A stretch of 30,673 nt of DNA, taken from NCBI GenBank assembly GCA_003344405.1, contig NOWV01000246.1, positions 62,001 to 92,673 of the forward strand. Direction: 5' to 3'. Source of the DNA: Trichoplax sp. H2. Taxonomy: Eukaryota. Numbering within the stretch: position 1 is the first letter of the stretch; each line of letters begins with the position of its first letter. The notes under the pieces are model-generated. The model searched no databases and had not been told where the DNA came from. It worked only from the letters and a program-made list of their open reading frames with translations. The translations under genes were made by a program, and so were the position numbers. Below, in pieces: positions 22,882 through 30,673 of this stretch.

Positions 22882-23060
22882 CTAAAAATACAAGACAGCA
22901 AAAAATATTTAGTACTCTATCAAGGAAAAATCGCAACCCCACAAAATTATTCTTAATAATCGTTATTATTAGTAAATTGAATCATTTGCTCAATGAAATG
23001 ACGAAAGTAAAAGATTTTTGTAACTGATCAACTTCGTGTGAATCGAGTAATATTAATTAC
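22882..23060 (-). other. Putative 5'UTR intron of the L1CAM-type gene
   Basis: Minus-strand donor 'cttag|GTAATT' at 23060 and acceptor 'ttgtatttttAG|' ending at 22882, 12 nt before the ATG. Confidence 0.45.
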
Positions 23061-26000
23061 CTAAGAAACGAACAAAAGTTTTACGTGTTCTTAAAAAATT
23101 TTCTTTCTGCCTTTTCTGATTGTCCACAAATTCTACCGTTGTATTTCTGATTGTAAACGATAGATCCTGCGCGATTTCTTCGTTCTAAGGACTAGCGCTT
23201 TCCTTTCGGCGCGGTAATTGCTTCATTAAGTAGGGAGAAATATTATATTTTTACTTGGAAAATTGCACAACGCCAAGACGCTTTGACATCTAGCGTGGAC
23301 AATTTGACGTAATGTCCATATGGTGAAGGGCAAAATAAATATCAAGAATGTTTAAACAGCGTCACCAGGTATAAATGCTCGGCCCAAGTTGACTTATATA
23401 AATGGATATGAGTAATCCAAATGTTAGCTTTTATCACTCGCAATATTTCCAAATACGGCAACAATATATCACGTCTTAATGACTCGTTCGATTCATGGTA
23501 AAATCAATAAGAGAAATGATTGTATTAATATGGAAGAAGGAGAGTTGAAAAGTAGACGGTTATTACGAAATCGTGGTGATAAAATTTATTTAATTTTAGC
23601 TTTGGTCCAGATAATTCGAACGATCGCTATAAAATAAGTTTGACCACATTGAAGATGCACGCATCAATGCAGGTAATATAGTAGAATAGATCAGAAGTTA
23701 TTTGACTTCCTTGTCAGTAAAATAAGGAACTAATAGGTTTACTAATTGAAAATGGAGTTTTCCTTGTAAAGTAAAGGAGTTACATAGAATTTGAAGATTT
23801 AATGAGAAAACGTAAATTACTAGGGTATACAATACGATAATGCGTTGAATGTAGTCAATTTGTATAAAACAGTAATGTATTAATTGAAACAATGGCGTCG
23901 ATTGAGGATAACTAGGTAATTCTTTTCCGACGTGATTTGATTGATAGCTGCTCATGAATATCAATAGTATTTATCATGTGGATGAAAACATTCCAAAGAA
24001 GATATTAAAGTGGTATCAAACAATAATGAACTGAATAGACAAAGTATTATCAATTGGCTCAGACAGAGTGGAGCGGCACTTTTTCAATCTAACTTTTCTT
24101 GTTTCGCTAATGAGAAATTTCAATACAGAATTTGAAAGTTTGCACAAAAATCAGTCTATAGTATTGTAGACAAAGTAGTGCTACGATATTACTAATGATT
24201 AATTTTACTCTTACTTTAATGGTAAGTTTATAATAATAACGGTTATCCACTTAATACGGCAAGGTAGTAGAGTATTGAAGTCACATTGACAATTTGGGCT
24301 TTCTCTACTCTGTCAGCTATGTTGGTGGGAAACAACGGTAGATTAAAATAGTCGCATTATAAGTACTAACTAGAGCAATTAAACTAGATAACAGCTCGCA
24401 TTCATATTCTAGTTATGGCGGTTGATGAACTGGTTAAAATGACCAGTCCATTTTCAATTAGCTTCATTTGTTTTGAAATGTCTTTTTAGATCATAATGCC
24501 GAGACGTAAATTGCAGTTGGATTACGTCTTCCATTAGTCCGTCATTTTAAAGTTCAGACTAATTGAGTCATGTTACAGTTGCATTCGTGAAAAAAATTAA
24601 ATTAAATTATATATCGTGCCCAAGTCACTGATTCACTATTATAGACGGCAAAGGGGGACATTTATAATCTAATTAAGCGATACGACTTTCTTTGATCACT
24701 TCCCTCTGTGATTAAACGTAAAGAATTATGTACTGTAGTAATTGAAAGCGATCTACCCTTATTAAAATTATGTTCTAGTATAGCAACAGTAGCAATACAG
24801 AAGTTTTTAGTCGATGATGAATCATCGACACATTCGTAAATTGCTCTCCTTGGAGCAATTATTATTAATAGTTATCAGTGAAAAGACACTTCATGGAAAA
24901 TAAATAGAATATTAGACTATTTTAATGAATAGTGTACCGATTGAATTCAGACCCAATAACGGATTATAATCAATATTATTATATAACAAAGCAATGCAGT
25001 ACTAATGCGATCAAAAAATAGTACACAAAACAAAAGTAATACAATGGCTTTTAATGGGGTAAAGATAGAGTTATGAATAAAGGAGATATTTCTTACTGCC
25101 TATTACCATCAGCGACGTGTAATAAGGCGCTTCTTCCATCATTACTAAAATGATGTCCGATAAAATCTATTGTTCATAGCCAGACAATTTATATACTATA
25201 TATATCGTAAATTGAGTTAGGGCCGCGTCACCGTAGTGCTAGGGCTTTTTTGTTTCATGCATGTAATTTTTTACCCTATGATTTAAACCATAGTGAAATC
25301 ATTGAAATAGAAAAGTCTTAAGGGTTCTACCATTTATGATTTTAAGAATCAGCAATTATGCTGCTATTACTAGCTAACAAAACAGAATGATGTCATCACT
25401 TATAAAATAGTCACTGATTATTATAATAAGCATATTATATAACTTTTATGTTTTATTAATTCACTGTTTATTTCATCAGATCTTGTTATAAAGCTTGCGT
25501 AGAGATGTTAGATACAGCATCATCTACGCTTAAATCCTTCTACTTGGGTAAATCCCATTCGTTATTTTGCCTTATACGCTTGAGAATGACCATTAAGTTT
25601 AACTTTGACAAAATATTCGCTGTCTTCTCTGCACTGTTTAAAATCAGCACATATTTTAAAAGACTATATTACTTATGCCATAAGGGTGCTGCAGAGTACA
25701 TGTATATTACTACAACAAGAATATTTCCCTTTTTCAAATTTACACTGATTAGGATGGCTGTTAATGTATACGGTATTAGCTACATCGCTAAATTATTATG
25801 CCACATTTAATTCTAGTTAGCACAGTAGCCCTGTTATCAGACTTTCACTTCGTAAATTTTTTCTAGTAAAGAATTCGATTGAGATGGTGTCCATGCCATG
25901 AGATGATGGGTTGCCAATGCTGCTGGTGAATTAAAATTTTGTTAATTGCGGTGTATTTTTATATAATTGCCTAGTAGAAAGTTATGAAATGCGATGATTA

Positions 26001-28080
26001 TCGTATGATCTATCTTTTTACGGTTACAAAGCGCAGTCTATATGTATCGAAATCGCAATTGTAAGCACATTAACAGACTGAAATGTTTGCTCATATGTTT
26101 ATAGCTTTGCTCGCTAGAATTATTTCCAAGAACTTCAAGTAGACTCTTCTATAATGAATTATTCAGGGTTCCATTGCTACGGCAACATATTGCACGCTTT
26201 TGTTCTGATATAAGGATAGAAGCAATCCTATGTCATTTTAGGCAAGAATCGATAAGAAATACCGTAGTTATTGATTAAACACATGAAGTGACCTCTAAAG
26301 GGAATGTGATGGAAATCAATATAAAAATATGGCAGAGTCAGGATGGATAAATTATCGTCAATATTGTCGTCCAATATTGACATTTTAATCCTTTGATTTA
26401 AATATCACATGATTTGATTTTCAAATTTATTTTAAAACAGTTTAGTATTAACGGCCAGTTGCATTTGATTCAGATGTTGGCTCTATCCTCTATATAGCGT
26501 TTAACGATTATCTGCTAATCATACTAAATTAATACCGTTGTTAAATTTGTTGAATATGGCATTAAAGCGATGCAGGGATAGATTCAAGATTACTTTATAG
26601 ACATATGTTTATTTTCGATGGAAATCAAGACGTGATTTCAAATATTAACGTAAGATTTAGTGACACTAAATATAGAGAAACTTTAAATAGTCGATGTATT
26701 ACCATTAACATGTGAGCTCACTAATTGTATGACTGTTTTGCCTCTAATAATATAGTTTAATGATAGAATACGAAATTTGTATAGTCAATAAGTCAATACT
26801 TACATCGCGTACGTCGGAAGAGTTTACTCTAACAAAGAACACATAAAATCAAAATAATATCTTACTCATCTCGAACCTGGGTTATGAGTAGTTCCGTAAT
26901 TATAATGATAACTATGAAATCTGGCATAGACAATACTGCAATTATTCCTCATTAATATTGAAGCATATGGCTCATTTCCTAATACAATTTATTCTATTAT
27001 TATACTGAGGAGATACCAATTTGCACCGCATGCCCTGCTCTACTATAGTATGTACGGTAGATACCAAGTGTCTTAGCTATGTGCAACTAACAATTGCATA
27101 ACCAATTAATAGGTAATAAATGTTCATTAGCAATCCATTGATGATATTATTCTATTATGAGCAATACATGCGCTACCGGTATAGATTACAAATGCTATTG
27201 AAGGACAATGACTAATTAAAGTTTATTCAATTTGTCTACCAAAATCAGTACTAGGAAATCATCTATAGATCATGTGAAGAGAATGTATCGTTCTCTGATA
27301 ATCGGATCAAAAATTTTCCCTAGGTTCAATAGCTGAGAAAGAAATAACAATTCTATCACCAGACGTCGCTGAGATGAAACATTTTAATCCGTTTCTCCCA
27401 TTGTTTTAAAATTCTCCACGACTGAATATAATTCTAGATCGCTCCTCCTATTTGGCGAACATATCAAATTATGAACAATACTGACTGATGGGCTTTTCTT
27501 GAGTAATATAATGTCCTCTTGAATAAGCCAACTCTTCATGGAAATTAACAATTGGATAATAGTATTCCACTCTAAAGCGACATGATTTTCTCTCATCTAT
27601 ACCTTATTATAACTTTCAGTACAGACAAATTTAACTAGGATAGATTCTACAGTTTGTTCAGTGTAGTCGATATACGTAATACGAGTTCATTTGAATTAAA
27701 GATAATTTCTCATTTTATATCGATCAGTTGCCACAGTCTATAGATAGTTTCTTATTTCTATTAAGCGAATTAAAATTGATCTAAGAGCTATAGTACTATA
27801 CTCTTCTATAACTTAATTGTCATTTGGTCTTAGATTCTGGACTAGATATGTCAATAGGGTGTCTCGTTTATCTTACACAATATTAGTTTATAGCTTCTTC
27901 TGCGGCTCAGATTTGACACTCTAGTTCTCGCTACTAATAATTATATATAATTAATATGCATTTGTTGCATTCTTTTGAGGGTTACATGCTAGTACAACAA
28001 TTAGACCCTGCTTAATGATAAAATTATAAGAGAAAGGGCACAGCAATCATGACTTTGTATATTGACAACTATTCATCGGA

Positions 28081-28204
28081 GATTATTCAATCAAAATTGT
28101 ACCCTCCTGTTGCATAAAAGTTGTCGCCCCTTATCTAGAAGATCTCTTCTAGGCAGGTGCAACAACTTTCATGCAACGGGGAGTACAATTTTGATTGAGT
28201 AGTC
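28081..28204. repeat. Long imperfect inverted repeat (fold-back, ~60-bp arms, 2-nt centre); MITE-like or hairpin-RNA-like
   Basis: Left arm gattattcaatcaaaattgtaccctcctgttgcataaaagttgtcgccccttatctagaaga versus the reverse complement of the right arm gactactcaatcaaaattgtactccccgttgcatgaaagttgttgcacctgcctagaaga. Centre ctagaaga-tc-tcttctag. Confidence 0.9.
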
Positions 28205-30673
28205 CTTGTGTTCATCATAAAATGAAATTTCATAATCATTTACTGTGACACACTATTCCACGCGAATATATCAAATAGAAAGTTCGAAAGACCCGAATTT
28301 GATTACGAACATGCCAGCCAATCAAACATATTCGTATAATTATAACTTCATTAGTGACTAACTAGCTAAGTTATTGATAAAAATTTTATTTTCATATGAA
28401 TAAACAATAACTTTAATGAAAAAAAGCATAATTTCCATCTAAAAATTAGATTCATCAAAGAAAGTTTGATTCATAAGAGATTATTTCTGAATTTCGTAAT
28501 CCCAACTAGTATCCTTAAGCTTTTACCTTGGTAGTAATTCATATTGATATGACTGCATATAGATTTTACAGTATATCTACTTGTGTGCGAACATATGCAA
28601 AGTTCCAAACTGATAATTAATATAAAAGTAAGAAATTTAGGCTATTTTATGATTCAATTCTTTCACATATTAAATAATAGTCAACTTGAATAAATTTGTA
28701 ATTCACTATGCCTTACTGAATGTATGATGGTACAGTGGATATTTATAAAATAAATTCTTAAACCGAATCAGTAATGCAAGCAGTTACCGCAAATAGAGTT
28801 CCTCGTTTAAATTATGAGTATCACATCAATGAATGGAGATATTTCAAAGAAGAAATACATAATGTTATTCATAGAAAATCTATCACAAAAAAAGCCCTTT
28901 TTTTTCTATGAAGGCTGATAAATATGATATGCTTGACCCATATTTCATCTAATGACCTAATAGATATTGTTTATTAAGTGACTAAATGTCAATTCGAAAG
29001 TTAGTATTCTTGATTAAAATAGATTCTAACGCATTGGATTATTACCTACTGTTTTAGCATACTTTCTGTATAAATAATACAGCAAGTTAGGAGATTCTAA
29101 CAGGATTCATCAGTGTTTCAGGCGCCGAAAATAGTAGAAACCATATTCTCATGAAATTTTATCTGGTTAAATTTAAATTATTCGCGATGTATATTTTTGA
29201 AATACAAATAATTAGAATTAGTATCATTTACTAGAATTAGTTTGGAGCTAGTTACCATATTAATAATTTGTATATACCTATTATGATTTGGCGTAAAATC
29301 TAACATACCGATTTGATATCACACAACAAGTAGCCAGAACGCATGCATCACACACTGTATAATCATGACGATGTAGTTTAGTTACGTGGATTCCATCGAC
29401 CTACACCAAATCAGTGACTATAATAGAATAGGTTTTGAGCCCGCAATTCTTTTGCATATTACAGATATCATTAAAACTATTAAATATTATTATAGCGTAA
29501 TAATTACTCTTAATCGGTAAGAATGAGTTTCAACCAACGATATATCCTTCATTAAATGCAGCTATTACTGGGCATTGCTAATCATCGTAGTTTATGCTAG
29601 ACGGCCAGTTATAAGTCTTCTGTTGTAAATATCTAGATGCAGTAATTTTAACGTAGACGTAGTAATATTTATCATACGATTTAGGTTCAGTAAGATTTGG
29701 CAAAGTATTTAAACCTTTCTATAAAGCGCTACTCTTTCGTCTATAAAAATTGACAATATTCTTTTGTCTCAAAGAAATATAGACATTACAATGCTGTACT
29801 GACCTCTAAAATGCGGCTTGGGATTTATTGTTGCATGTATTCATTGAACAAGCGAATATAAAAATTTTGATGAGTTTAAGTATATTTATTATCATCAACA
29901 GTCTGCTATTGCTTTATTATCGCATCTGAACTGTACTTTTTAGGATTATTCTAATTTACTATACTTCAGTTACGGTATTCATAGACAAAAGAAGTCTTAA
30001 ATTACGCTATGTTAGGCTTGCGAGCCGTAAGAATTTGCTGCTGTACTAGCGGCGCGTTAACTTATTCTATCGCGATTTTATCATTTAAAGTTCCTTTATC
30101 TTACTTCTAGAATTGAACTGCGCTGTATTCAAAATAAGTAACCTTGCTAGGGAATAGCAAATCAAATTACAACCTAGTTTAGAATTATACAAGCCTCTCT
30201 GCTTTAATTTCTAATCATTTGCTTGTAAATTTCTATAAAAGTTACTCAAGGCATTAAAATAACAGCAGACCTTGTTTGAATTTTAAGCAGATCATACAGT
30301 AATTTTTATGGCAAGTAGACTATTACGTGAAATAAGTACTTGTAATACTACTACTATAGTAAATTTTAAGTTTAAATTCTTAAATAATTATATGCTTAAA
30401 AGCTTTAAGAATATCGTAATGAAACTGACTGACTCATGTATAGACGGTAGTACAGAGTTTCGCCTATCCATACAAAAATTTTACGAATCGATCCGGAAAA
30501 ATTAGTCGTTTAATAATGAAGGTGTTTCGAAATAACTTTAAGCTATAGAAATATAAATAAATCCCAAAATTAATCTCTATGGTCAACACTTTTGCTTGAT
30601 ATGCCTGCTAACCAAGCGCTTATGACATGTTAATCCAAATTAGGTAATAAGCGAGATATTGTGGCATTGATAC

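Noticed and set aside
22871..22942. N-terminal extension MGLRFFLD... of the 876-aa ORF
   Set aside because: Starts at GTG and crosses a splice acceptor; ATG 22870 gives a proper signal peptide.
27384..27600. 70-aa ORF and an alternate-frame FRVEYYYPIV reminiscent of hAT transposase C-termini
   Set aside because: Too short; no downstream hAT dimerisation motif or TIRs found.
28868..28912. Terminator-like hairpin with A/T runs
   Set aside because: Eukaryotic context and low-complexity arms; expected by chance in AT-rich DNA.
14696..30505. Remaining 60-102 aa intergenic ORFs (14696, 15929, 16621, 17440, 23698, 25505, 30308)
   Set aside because: Composition typical of random AT-rich ORFs; no domains or consistent splice framework.
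1..30673. CRISPR arrays, tRNA/rRNA genes, intact transposases or bacterial operons
   Set aside because: No regularly spaced repeat-spacer units, RNA gene signatures or such ORFs were seen; the DNA is intron-containing animal sequence.

Overview
AT-rich eukaryotic (animal) genomic DNA with short GT-AG introns; no prokaryotic features. The composition and compact introns resemble an early-branching metazoan such as a placozoan, but this is inference only. Three genes are well supported. (1) On + is the 3.4-kb terminal exon (801-4184) of an NWD1/NWD2-like NACHT-WD40 protein; its NACHT P-loop is not visible in the window. (2) On - is a three-coding-exon L1-family adhesion gene, join(13227..10603, 10351..10165, 10054..9063), 1267 aa, with 6 Ig + 5 FN3 + TM and a divergent tail lacking the ankyrin motif. 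(3) On - is its tandem paralog, join(22870..20339, 20034..19851, 19731..18614), 1277 aa, a canonical L1CAM/neuroglian-type protein with FNEDGSFIGEY and C-terminal STFV. The two paralogs share both intron positions and phases. The 184-bp middle exon of gene 3 is not translated in the correct frame in the ORF track. Non-coding parts hold a ~124-bp fold-back hairpin (28081-28204), a young 154-bp tandem duplication, an older ~168-bp triplication, a decayed protein-like repeat array behind an E2F/GC-box-like site, two candidate + strand mini-exons divergent from gene 2, and ~7.5 kb without a recognisable gene.
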